64,000 bases of DNA from Escherichia coli (GCF_003991155.1 NZ_CP031293.1), one strand, 5' to 3'. Shown: positions 40,439 to 50,282, counted from the first letter of the stretch. Notes: a model not told the origin generated them from the sequence alone. Numbers and translations are program-made.

Positions 40439-41011
40439 ATGACAATGGAAATACTTACAGCAATTCTTGTTATCATTACAGGAATTTATGCATTTTTGAC
40501 ATACAAGATGTCGAGAATAAGCGAACGAACAGCTCAGATAATGAATGAGCAAACCGAGGCAATGTCTCGTCCTTATATAATAATCCAGCCAATGGTAAGA
40601 CCTCACTCGCAATTCCTATACCTGAAAATTTATAATAGCGGTAAGACACCAGCCTTGAATGTAAAATTAGAATTAGATAAGGATTTTTATCAGTTCGATG
40701 AACCAACTAAAAACCTAAAAGAAACAAGTGTTTTTACATCAACTATTGATAGCTTAGCGCCCAATCAAGAGTTATTCTTCGCCCTTGGTCAAGGTTGGGT
40801 TATTTTTGGAGAATCCAAAAACCCTTTACCACAACAATTTACAATAACTGCAACGTATAGTTATATGAATAAAGAAGTTGTTGAAAAAAACAATATAGAC
40901 TTAAGCCCTTTCATGCAAAGTGAAGGTGAGAAAAATCCTATTGTTGAAGAGCTTGAAAGAATAAGAAAAACTCAAGAAAAATTGATGAAGGTATCTAACA
41001 AATCGATATAA
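40439..41011 (+). CDS. Hypothetical membrane-anchored protein (190 aa)
   Basis: N-terminal hydrophobic helix ILTAILVIITGIYAFL then soluble domain; RBS AGGAG upstream. Confidence 0.55.
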   Translation: MTMEILTAILVIITGIYAFLTYKMSRISERTAQIMNEQTEAMSRPYIIIQPMVRPHSQFLYLKIYNSGKTPALNVKLELDKDFYQFDEPTKNLKETSVFTSTIDSLAPNQELFFALGQGWVIFGESKNPLPQQFTITATYSYMNKEVVEKNNIDLSPFMQSEGEKNPIVEELERIRKTQEKLMKVSNKSI

Positions 41012-41104
41012 TAAAATATCATTCACCACATTAAATGAAATACAATTCATGCCCCTTCTGTCACTTTCCACAGCGTAGCAGGGGCATTTTGATCCAGCAT
41101 CCTT

Positions 41105-41635
41105 TTAGTTAGCTTTCCAACCATTACTGGTCTTAACTAAATTCATGGCACTATCAGCAGGTTCATTCATCCCTTTAACGCTGGCGAAGGCTTTTTTGTC
41201 AATCCAGCCCGGAACGTCAACCAGCTTCCACGTATAAGTCACGCGAACTACTTTCTGATTACCGTTTCCCGGCTCAGTCCATTCCTTAATCTCGTCAACA
41301 GCACGACGACCAACACAGGCACCGTCTGTTGTGCTCCAGACTTTGGCTTTTTTGCCTTCCTCTGTTATCCCTAATACATTCGAATCATAACCCTGCTCAA
41401 AAACCATCAGGCCCTGCTCAATAAAACCATCGAGGATCACTGAATTCGTCCCTGTGCCAGTCGAATCAAGTCGTGGCTTGGCAAGACAGATGGGGAAGCT
41501 GGTGTTATTGTTATCCAGCGAGAAGCAGTATTTGTCTTGCCCAATCTTGGCATTAATCGCTTTCTCAAACTCACCTTTCTCACCACATCCCGCCAGTGTC
41601 AGAGTTGCGCCTACAACGAGTAAAATCTTCTTCAT
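41105..41635 (-). CDS. Lipoprotein (lipobox LAGC)
   Basis: MKKILLVVGATLTLAGC signal/lipobox; ORF 41105..41659 trimmed to Met9. Confidence 0.6.
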   Translation of the reverse strand: MKKILLVVGATLTLAGCGEKGEFEKAINAKIGQDKYCFSLDNNNTSFPICLAKPRLDSTGTGTNSVILDGFIEQGLMVFEQGYDSNVLGITEEGKKAKVWSTTDGACVGRRAVDEIKEWTEPGNGNQKVVRVTYTWKLVDVPGWIDKKAFASVKGMNEPADSAMNLVKTSNGWKAN

Positions 41636-42054
41636 CTGCTTATCCATCCTGATAATCAAAATTGCGTATGTTTTTTGACCTAATCCGGTCAGGGCTAGAG
41701 TTGTTGCGGGATCCGGCTGATATCACATGGCAAAATCACCGCTTAACCAATTGATAGGATTCAATTCTTTTTGAGGCTCGTCATATCGTTTAAAACGATC
41801 AAAAACAACCATATGATAGTTTTTAACTATCATAAATTGATATTCGATCGATTATAACAATTAATAACCGATCGATATCGCGATTTCAATCGTTATAATC
41901 TATCAATAACTCATTATCGATCTTTTATATCGATCATTATTTCAAGTTCTGATAGCCTTGCAACGCCGAGACCGACGCCATGAGTTTGGTGCAGTAGGAC
42001 GTATAAAACGAAGCAAAGCTCTGTGAGCGGGTTCAGTCTCTTTAACTCATTTAC

Positions 42055-42543
42055 ATGGAGGAAGTAAGAGTGGAAGCAACAAGTATCGTTTTTTTAGTGG
42101 TGCTCTTCGTCATTATCATGACCGCAGCAGTTATACAGAAGAAAAAGCACTACAACAGCTTTACGGAAGTTCTGGACGGCGACATTATTTCGTATGAATG
42201 CCAGCAGACAGGTATTGTAATTGATACTCAAAAACATACTGTCCGTATTTTCAATAAAGATAAAGACAGCACATATACTTTTGATGAAATCCGGGAAATA
42301 AATTATACGCTTTCAGAGGGTGGTAAGTTTTACGGCAATGGAACATTACGAGGTATGAATAATGCGGCTATTGCTAACTGGAGAGAACAACTTTCAGCGA
42401 ATAAACGGTCTGGCCTAAATATTTTAACCGATGATATTAAAAATCCCATGTGGAAAGTTAATGTTCCCCTGAAAAATAAAAGCACTTCAAATCACGAACT
42501 TTGTGAGCGATGGATGCTGGTATTTAAAAAGTATGTTTTCTGA
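42055..42543 (+). CDS. Hypothetical membrane-anchored protein (162 aa)
   Basis: N-terminal TM segment SIVFLVVLFVIIMTAAVI; RBS GGAGGAAG upstream. Confidence 0.55.
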   Translation: MEEVRVEATSIVFLVVLFVIIMTAAVIQKKKHYNSFTEVLDGDIISYECQQTGIVIDTQKHTVRIFNKDKDSTYTFDEIREINYTLSEGGKFYGNGTLRGMNNAAIANWREQLSANKRSGLNILTDDIKNPMWKVNVPLKNKSTSNHELCERWMLVFKKYVF

Positions 42544-42574
42544 GTCTCACCTTTCATCTATTTATGGAACAAAA

Positions 42575-42952
42575 ATGAAAAAATTATTACTTGCTATTTT
42601 TATCATATTACCACTTGGTGGCTGTACGGTTCATGGTAATAAATCCCTAACTGATGAAAATCATCAAACGGTTAAATTAAAAATCGTCAAGGGGAAAACT
42701 ACCCAACAAGAAATTCTTGCTGCCTTTGGAGAGCCTCAGACACGCGCTACGAATGATGGGCAGGAGATGTGGAACTACTCAAGTATGACGGGAGAAAGCC
42801 AACTATCTAACTACATACCGGGCCTTGCTCTATTGACCAATAGCAGCACGGCACACATTAAATCACTGGATATCTGGTTTAAGGGTGATGTTGTGGAACG
42901 TTATGATTTTCGTCAGACTGCAAGTAAGACATCTCGTGGCCTGCTTGATTAA
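42575..42952 (+). CDS. Small lipoprotein (about 125 aa)
   Basis: MKKLLLAIFIILPLGGC lipobox; ORF 42503..42952 trimmed. Confidence 0.6.
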   Translation: MKKLLLAIFIILPLGGCTVHGNKSLTDENHQTVKLKIVKGKTTQQEILAAFGEPQTRATNDGQEMWNYSSMTGESQLSNYIPGLALLTNSSTAHIKSLDIWFKGDVVERYDFRQTASKTSRGLLD

Positions 42953-43001
42953 TATGTGTATATATAGGCCACAAATAGTTGTGGCCCTTTTCCGTTATCA
43001 T

Positions 43002-43613
43002 CTATTTTTGTTTATATAAATCGTAGGAACTTAATTTTTTAGATTTCTCATAGGCATTTTCAATGTATAAAGATACATCTGCTAAAAATCGGTCTTCTTC
43101 TATCAATGAAATATAAGAACCAGTCAATTGATCATATGATTTGCACTCAGGGCAACAATATTTATCTTCTGAAGTTAAATTAAACCTATTATTATTAATA
43201 ATGTCATATAGTTCAGTTGTGTCAATAGTTCTTGATGAACATCCATCAGGCTTGATTGAAGAAGATACTAACCAGTCATAGCTATTATTAACCTTCATTA
43301 TCACACCAACAATGCCATTAGTTCGGGAAGTGGTTCCTCCTCTCTTGTATTCTTTCAATGCATATTCAATTTCCCAGTCAATCCATTTACTTTTAATCAT
43401 ATTCGGGGAAATAATAACGATTAAAACAGATGTCCCGAAAATCATATTTTTAAGATTGTTCTTTATATTATCTACTGTTGTATTACTTATATCAGGAGAC
43501 TCCGATGTTTCCCCTTTATAGTAAACAGCATCATCACCTAATGCCTTGACAATTTTGTCTCTTAAATCCTGTGCTTCACTATATTTATATGATATGAATG
43601 TTTCATGAGCCAT
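43002..43613 (-). CDS. thsB: Thoeris ThsB, TIR-domain protein (203 aa)
   Basis: N-terminal FISYKYSEA... TIR-like beginning, about 200 aa, immediately downstream of SIR2-SLOG gene. Confidence 0.75.
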   Translation of the reverse strand: MAHETFISYKYSEAQDLRDKIVKALGDDAVYYKGETSESPDISNTTVDNIKNNLKNMIFGTSVLIVIISPNMIKSKWIDWEIEYALKEYKRGGTTSRTNGIVGVIMKVNNSYDWLVSSSIKPDGCSSRTIDTTELYDIINNNRFNLTSEDKYCCPECKSYDQLTGSYISLIEEDRFLADVSLYIENAYEKSKKLSSYDLYKQK

Positions 43614-43629
43614 AACTTCACCTAATATA

Positions 43630-45066
43630 TTATTTATTCAGTTTGTTTATGATTTTTATTACAACTTCTATTGTTTTTTTTACCGAAAAATCTTTTTCAG
43701 TAAGCTCAGACAAATCATTATATATCCATTCATTACTTCCATAATATTTCTTAGGATCTTGTGATATTTGTTCAAATATATATTTAGACATATACCCGGT
43801 ATTGGGTAAAGGAATTGGTACAAGGCCATGTTGAACAGCAATCTCAAACTCTCTAAATACTCCCCTAGCATTTACTATATCATTATTTTCCTCTTGTTTA
43901 TTTCCAAAAATAAACAATGCAATACCACCAAGAGGAATCATTCTCTGTCTATACTCCTCCCAAAGTTCTTGAATATCTTTCCCCTTACTGACAGTTTGTG
44001 GAAATGGTCTAACAATGAGCTGTTCTTCTGATAATTTATCTGGCCTACTATAAATTGCATCCAACGCACCATTTATCACAGAACTTCCGACGCCCCATCC
44101 AAATCCATTCACTATCCTATAATTATTCTTTATAATCTCATATGCTAATGTGTGAATAAAATCTAATGCTTTAGGTCTTTCAAGATCCCCATATTTTTCT
44201 GCACTACCAGAAATAAATATCGTTTTCTTTTTAAATGATTGCTCTATCTTAGCTAGAATTTTAGGGATGTCAGAATATTCATCTATTAATAATACTTGTA
44301 TACCAAATCTCTTGAGATCATCGATTCGCAGTTTTTGTTTTCTGATCTTATAATTTACTGTTTCTTCATCATCTAGGGAATTATTAGCCTCATTCTTCAT
44401 AAAGCAATAGTGTGTCCTCTTGTCCCCAGAATGAGTATACAAACGACTCAAAATGTAATCCAGATTTGGGTCGGTAAAACTAAACCCTATGAATAGAAAG
44501 GTTTTTGATATTAAATCTCCGCTAAGTGCGGTGATAAATGAAGCGTGTGTTCTGTAGTATTTTTCATACTGCTCTTTATATAAAATAGCCTTGGATGGGG
44601 ACGAAATATCACCATGCATTTTATATACTATCGCGTCTCGCTTAGGTCGTGTTGTATTTAAATCATCTATGTTTCTTTTTACATCTGCAATTTTGTAAAC
44701 TTTCCGCAGACTATCTTCAATTAAAGTGTCATAGTTTGTTGTCCAAAATGTCTTAATCGGTAAACGAGCAATTATATTATGAACCTCTGATGGCTCGGCT
44801 TGCTCAGAAAACTCTTCGATTATCTTCCTTGTGAGTTTTGTAGCCCCTTTCTTTTCATTAACATGAAATTGAGCAAGCGATATTAGATCGTCTTCTTTAT
44901 TAATGTCTAAACTAAGCTCTTCTGCTATATCGCTAAGTAATTCTTTCCAATCAACATAACCTTGACTTTTAGACATTCCTGCGCCAGAAAAAATAGCAGC
45001 ACAATCATTTTCAAGATCTTTAACAAAATCTTTTATGAAAACTTCAATTTCATTACTAAACGTCAT
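43630..45066 (-). CDS. thsA: Thoeris ThsA, SIR2-SLOG NADase effector (478 aa)
   Basis: N-terminal SIR2-like motifs (FSGAGMS, TTNYD, MHGD) and C-terminal SLOG-like glycine-rich region (FISGSAEKYG...GFGWGVGSSVINGALD); start set at MTFSNEIEV with GGAG RBS. Confidence 0.8.
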   Translation of the reverse strand: MTFSNEIEVFIKDFVKDLENDCAAIFSGAGMSKSQGYVDWKELLSDIAEELSLDINKEDDLISLAQFHVNEKKGATKLTRKIIEEFSEQAEPSEVHNIIARLPIKTFWTTNYDTLIEDSLRKVYKIADVKRNIDDLNTTRPKRDAIVYKMHGDISSPSKAILYKEQYEKYYRTHASFITALSGDLISKTFLFIGFSFTDPNLDYILSRLYTHSGDKRTHYCFMKNEANNSLDDEETVNYKIRKQKLRIDDLKRFGIQVLLIDEYSDIPKILAKIEQSFKKKTIFISGSAEKYGDLERPKALDFIHTLAYEIIKNNYRIVNGFGWGVGSSVINGALDAIYSRPDKLSEEQLIVRPFPQTVSKGKDIQELWEEYRQRMIPLGGIALFIFGNKQEENNDIVNARGVFREFEIAVQHGLVPIPLPNTGYMSKYIFEQISQDPKKYYGSNEWIYNDLSELTEKDFSVKKTIEVVIKIINKLNK

Positions 45067-45274
45067 TACACTTATCTCCATTTTAACTATTATTCCCAAA
45101 AGTAGAGAATAAACCTTTCAACCGGAGTTCATGAAACAGCATCTAAAAATATTCTGCCGGATACGAGTAAAATCATACTGGATATAAAAACAGTTGTCGA
45201 GAACTAAAACAATTGAAAACATGGCCAGATGGCATAGATAATATTACATACGAAAATTATTAACCAGATAATAT

Positions 45275-46237
45275 TCACGATGGTGATGTTTCATCGGACA
45301 TCCTTACATTATAAAGAAAAACCAGATGCATATTTACATCATTTCTTTTCTTAAAATAGCTATAACGCTGGAGGCTCAGCCATTTTGATGTTGCCAATAC
45401 GTATGGGCAGCCCTCCTTCCTGCTGGCACAACTTCTTAATGGATTGCCACTCCGCTTTTCAGACTCCATGTGAGAAGTGAGCGAATCAAAAGCACCGTCG
45501 GCTACGACGATGGTAGGTTCTTCATCTGTTTCATTGCCGATCGACTCCGTATTTGTGCTTTCAGCACGTTCTTCTTCCAGTTCAGCCAGACTCGCTTTCA
45601 GCTCATCAAGGCTGCTGGCTGCGTCTTTTGGTGCATAGAAGAACAGCCCGCTAATGAAGATGGCTTCCATAACCTCTCTAAAAGAAAACGAGGTATCGCC
45701 ATAAACAAAGCAACTGTGCTTGGAACTCTTCACACCCGATACGTTTTTCTTCAGCAAACCGTCTTTCGGTGAAGTCATTAATGTCTGTTTGCTATAGAGG
45801 ATTACAGGAAGATTTTTAATTTGTTGAACATCGCCGCTGATACTCCAGCGTTCTTTATCTCCTTTGATAAAGCCGGAAGCATCACAGCTACTTTCTATGT
45901 CAAACTCATCAGTCGGGAAGCGCTCGCGATTAAAATAGGTCGAAAAATCCTCCCCTTCTTCCATATCCTGACGCTTGTAAGCGCGATAAACCGAGCTTCG
46001 ACGGTCAATTCCGATCCATTCAATATCCCATGCCGTTGGCCCGGACGGTTTTCTTACCTCATCTATATAAGCACCAACATCTCTGTCCAGATAAGCTGCT
46101 AACAAAGCCTTCCATGGTTCTATTGCCAGAAAGATACTTGCCAGCGTTGTTCCTTCTTCAATCAGAACGGTATGGTGGAAGAACCGGAGAAGAAAGAACG
46201 GATCGGTATTGGCTATGACGTTCTGGATGGATAGCAA
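45275..46237 (-). CDS. Hypothetical protein (320 aa), co-oriented immediately upstream of thsA
   Basis: Long ORF with higher GC than neighbours; acidic central segment; no family recognised. Confidence 0.5.
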   Translation of the reverse strand: MLSIQNVIANTDPFFLLRFFHHTVLIEEGTTLASIFLAIEPWKALLAAYLDRDVGAYIDEVRKPSGPTAWDIEWIGIDRRSSVYRAYKRQDMEEGEDFSTYFNRERFPTDEFDIESSCDASGFIKGDKERWSISGDVQQIKNLPVILYSKQTLMTSPKDGLLKKNVSGVKSSKHSCFVYGDTSFSFREVMEAIFISGLFFYAPKDAASSLDELKASLAELEEERAESTNTESIGNETDEEPTIVVADGAFDSLTSHMESEKRSGNPLRSCASRKEGCPYVLATSKWLSLQRYSYFKKRNDVNMHLVFLYNVRMSDETSPS

Positions 46238-46369
46238 TGGAACGGCAGCGGTTTCATCGTAATTGGATTGAAACCGTAGTATTGCATCGGAACAAAAATT
46301 AACTTACCTTCCATTGCTCATCCTTCTCCTGTAGTTATCAGACTAAATATTTTACCAGATCATAGGTTA

Positions 46370-46756
46370 TTATCGCATTTTGCTTTTTACTGATTCATAT
46401 TCGTTGGTGTGATCCTTAAAAGTGCTTATTGCTTTGGGCAATGACCTGTTAAATAAACCATTAATCTCCTGTGATGCTTTTCCGTTTCTGACAACCATAA
46501 TATATCCAAGAGTCAGATCTTGTCTTATCATTGGATTCAATGATTCTATACCTATGCTAATCCCCGTATTTTTGTATTTAGCAACCGGATACCCAACTGA
46601 ACTATGGATAACAATATTGCCGCTATCTGCAAGCCTTGATAACATTCTGTCGCTGTATATCGATTTTCTTAAATCCTCTAAAACAGGGATATAGTGTTTA
46701 TCCATTGTTCCTGTTAAAGTTGTAGGTATATAGATCTTTGTTTTTATTTTTAGCAT
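46370..46756 (-). CDS. Hypothetical protein (128 aa)
   Basis: ORF co-oriented with downstream cluster; start uncertain. Confidence 0.4.
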   Translation of the reverse strand: MLKIKTKIYIPTTLTGTMDKHYIPVLEDLRKSIYSDRMLSRLADSGNIVIHSSVGYPVAKYKNTGISIGIESLNPMIRQDLTLGYIMVVRNGKASQEINGLFNRSLPKAISTFKDHTNEYESVKSKMR

Positions 46757-46883
46757 GATATTTTCCTGTTATTGTTTTTATTTAATACCATGCAACTGAT
46801 CGTAATATCAAAGATATTTATTATGTTCAATATAACTTTTAAAACATCTGCGATTTTATAGTTTCTTCACTCATCTGTGTGAG

Positions 46884-47108
46884 TTATGAAACCAAACGAA
46901 TATAAATATTTTTCAACCTGTCTTTATCACAACGACTTACAGACTCTGATAACAGATAATGACTATAATTATTGACACAAATATTGTTGCCGTTTTCAAG
47001 GGTTAATTTCAATCCAAGTTCTGTATCTTCAACTTTGTTTATAATACAGATCATAAATGGTGTTTTGTCATGTGGATGGAAGAGTGTGATCATTTTGATA
47101 TTGTTCAT
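46884..47108 (-). CDS. Hypothetical small protein (74 aa)
   Basis: Short ORF at head of minus-strand cluster. Confidence 0.3.
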   Translation of the reverse strand: MNNIKMITLFHPHDKTPFMICIINKVEDTELGLKLTLENGNNICVNNYSHYLLSESVSRCDKDRLKNIYIRLVS

Positions 47109-48022
47109 TGTGTTTGTCCTTTTTTATTTATTACTGGTTAATACTCTATCGCAAGTGTAAAAATCAAATATATTTTCATTTATTAATGATTTTACTTCTT
47201 ATTATTAAACTTCTTTTTGAAAAGATTTTTATCTCTGTGCTTATGCACGGCTACGCCCTAAAACTGACATTTTGTATTTTATTTTACTACTATGAGGTAA
47301 TAAGTGAATGTATTCGATCATAGTCAGATCTATTTTCCTTTTAACTTTTAATTCGGTTCCTATGTTTGAACATAGCATTCCTCCTCTGACATATAGCATT
47401 TGCTCTTAAATGTATAGGAAAACTATATCTTTAGTAGCAGCACTTCGTGATTGTTGCCAACAATCACTTTGCTGAACAGGGCTTGTCCCTGTTAATTATG
47501 GATTTATCCAAAAAAAGATCGCGTCGAAGACGCATATAAAGTAAAAGGAAAATTAATTAAGCTCTCACAGTAAATGCAGCGGTTCGTGATTGTATGCAAC
47601 AATCACTTCGCTGTAATAACATAGTAAGGAAGATAAAGTTCAATAACGTTAGTAGGTGCCATTTATATAAGACACCAATCAACTAAAAAGAAGAACTGTT
47701 TTCTATATTTCATCCTTTTAAACGTCATCCAAAGCTTCGCTATTTGAATAATGAAGAAGAAAAATGCTCTCAAGCCAGTTATAGCTTAAAACAAAGTACG
47801 CACTCTCGGGAGTTAAAGTCCCGAATCCCGGTACTTAAGATGATAATCATTATCAATAATAAAAAATAATACAGCTCCTATTTTTACTTATTTCAGAACT
47901 TGAAGTTTTTAATAACCAAACTTCAAGTATTATTATTTTTATAAAAACTGCACTTAAAATATTGACTAACTAAAAATAGTACGTTATCTACTTTATATAA
48001 AAAGAATAAAGGGGAAAGTATT

Positions 48023-48568
48023 ATGTTAGATAATAAAATAAAAAAATCAAGAAGAGGTCTACCTCGCCATGTAAAAAACCCATTCCTTAATGATACAAAT
48101 ATACATACAAAAACAGGTATCAGACGTATCACAACAGGAAAAGATCGCTTAGCCGTAGTAAATGAAAATACAGGAGAACAGGTTGGGCATGGTGGTTTCT
48201 TTCAGTCAATGGAAGTAGACAAGACACAGTTCGTGAAGCTTTATGTGGATGGCGTATCAGCTATTGAGGGTTTATCCTCATCCGGTAAGAAAGTATTTAA
48301 GATACTGTATCTTGCTATTAGAGACAATAAAGATACAGATACGATATTAATGTCATTCGATATTGTTGATCAAGAGATTGTAAAAATATCAAGAACGACA
48401 TATTTCAAAGGGATGAAAGAACTTGCTGACAAGAAATTTATTGCTGAGACCATGATACAGAACTATTATTTTATTAATCCAGACTATATGTTTAATGGTG
48501 ATCGTTTAACTTTCATGAAAACTTATTACTTGAAGGGTAAAAAGAAAACAGCGAATAATAAAAATTAA
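48023..48568 (+). CDS. Hypothetical protein, possible winged-helix DNA-binding / replication-initiator-like protein (181 aa)
   Basis: RBS GGGGAAAG upstream; basic N-terminus and a central segment that reads like a wHTH; weak call. Confidence 0.45.
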   Translation: MLDNKIKKSRRGLPRHVKNPFLNDTNIHTKTGIRRITTGKDRLAVVNENTGEQVGHGGFFQSMEVDKTQFVKLYVDGVSAIEGLSSSGKKVFKILYLAIRDNKDTDTILMSFDIVDQEIVKISRTTYFKGMKELADKKFIAETMIQNYYFINPDYMFNGDRLTFMKTYYLKGKKKTANNKN

Positions 48569-48722
48569 TTACCAACGGGAAAACAGGTTAAAAAATCGCC
48601 GTAATAAACTACGATTACATTAAAGGTATTTTCTTGCCAAGAGAGAAACATCACCAATTTGACACCTGAACCATATCTCGTAATATAAATATATCAACCA
48701 TTTTATTTACGAGGTATTTCTT

Positions 48723-49202
48723 ATGAGAAAAGTAAAAACAGACAACAGTGATTTAATCGAATACGTAAATACAGTTAAAGAACTAAAAAATCACATTCCA
48801 ATAGAAGAATACAGAAATGAATATCGTAAACTGCGTTCCGATGATATTCCATTGGTTAAAGCTCAGAAATTTAAATCTGCCCATACCGAACTTCGCAGAC
48901 TTGAAAAAAAGAGAGAGTCTCTTATTGAATACTTTATTGACGAGTTAAATCCCATCAGCAGTTCAAAAGCTAACACATCAGCGAGATCAACTAGTAATCT
49001 CGATTTATTTAACGAACGCGTGTTATACCGTAAGGCTATTTCAGAAAAGAGTGATGAAGAAATAGTAGCCTTGGTCATAAAACAACGCACAGAAGCCGCT
49101 GTTGAGTTCCAACGTTCAATTGAACATAGTCTTGAGCAACTATCTCGTATCTCGTCAGAGTTCGAACCAGCAAGCCAAAAGCGCAGGAAAATGTCTCTTT
49201 AA
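48723..49202 (+). CDS. Hypothetical coiled-coil protein (159 aa)
   Basis: ORF with charged, helical-looking sequence. Confidence 0.45.
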   Translation: MRKVKTDNSDLIEYVNTVKELKNHIPIEEYRNEYRKLRSDDIPLVKAQKFKSAHTELRRLEKKRESLIEYFIDELNPISSSKANTSARSTSNLDLFNERVLYRKAISEKSDEEIVALVIKQRTEAAVEFQRSIEHSLEQLSRISSEFEPASQKRRKMSL

Positions 49203-49359
49203 AACGACTCTATGCTATTCGTGTGAAATGTGATGTATTAGATTGCTTATGCAATAATGTTTACTATATTATTTACTGACTGTTTTTTTTGATTTTTCCA
49301 ACAGCACCGTAAGCATTATTTTTATTAATCGCCTATTTTAAAACACCGGATGACATACT

Positions 49360-49764
49360 ATGAGTGAAGCTCTCAAGGCACTGAACAATATTCGTACACT
49401 TCGCGCACATGCTCGTGAAACAGATCTGACAACTCTGGAAGAGATGCTGGAAAAGCTCTCTGCTGTCGTTGAAGATCGCCGTGAGGAAGAAAATTCAGCC
49501 CGTAAAGAACAAGAAGAACGTCAGGCTAAACTGGAAGCCTTCCGCCAGAAATTGTTAGAAGACGGTATCGATCCTACAGAACTACTCGCTGCTGTTAGTT
49601 CATCCCAGCCTAAAGCCAAATCAACTCGTGCTCCTCGTCCTGCTAAATACAAATATACAGATGAAAACGGTAATGAGCAGACTTGGACGGGTCAGGGCCG
49701 TACTCCTAAAGCAATCGCCGCTGCTATCGAAGCTGGTAAGACACTGGAAGACTTTGCAATCTAA
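49360..49764 (+). CDS. H-NS-family nucleoid-associated protein (horizontally acquired paralog, Hfp/Hns2-like; 134 aa)
   Basis: [33 protein letters not shown]...[13 protein letters not shown] closely parallels H-NS N-terminal dimerisation and C-terminal DNA-binding motif. Confidence 0.88.
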   Translation: MSEALKALNNIRTLRAHARETDLTTLEEMLEKLSAVVEDRREEENSARKEQEERQAKLEAFRQKLLEDGIDPTELLAAVSSSQPKAKSTRAPRPAKYKYTDENGNEQTWTGQGRTPKAIAAAIEAGKTLEDFAI

Positions 49765-49827
49765 CCGCTACAGCATATCCGGGCTTCACTGTTCTCAAGA
49801 TAACAGGCCCGGAAAATATTCGATTTT

Positions 49828-50208
49828 TCATCCAAGGCTATCCCAGTCTGGCAGGTTGTTAACGACCTTTCGCCACCAATGATACGCAGCCATAAGAACA
49901 CCAAAACAAATACCTGCGACGACGCTTGAGACAAATGCAGTGCCCGGTTGTATCCCTGTATCCTTCCAAGTAAAAAACCACATACAGATCCCCCATGCCG
50001 GACCAAACCATCCACCCATCAACAAAGTGATTTGCCAGAATGAGGCAAAAGGTAGCGGTGGTATCTTGAGTCCAGCTTTCCATGCGAGGTGTAGCAAAGG
50101 AGGGGCATAATTACTTCGCCACATCTTCTTGCTTTCCATGATGGCAATAGCGTGTTTCTTTTTAGCTTCAAAGCCCATACGGTTCCCTCCAGCTCCACCT
50201 TTACTCAT
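49828..50208 (-). CDS. Hypothetical small membrane protein (126 aa)
   Basis: Hydrophobic, Trp-rich segments (WQITLLMGGWFGPAWGICMWFF). Confidence 0.45.
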   Translation of the reverse strand: MSKGGAGGNRMGFEAKKKHAIAIMESKKMWRSNYAPPLLHLAWKAGLKIPPLPFASFWQITLLMGGWFGPAWGICMWFFTWKDTGIQPGTAFVSSVVAGICFGVLMAAYHWWRKVVNNLPDWDSLG

Positions 50209-50282
50209 CTATCGATAAAAAGCCACAATAGACAATAATGATTATCAATTCCATGTATGTAAGTCAAAAATAACTCAAATAG

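Noticed and set aside
47436-47613. Possible CRISPR array suggested by repeated palindromic units
   Set aside because: Only two copies, spaced about 140 bp apart, with no regular repeat-spacer periodicity and no cas genes nearby
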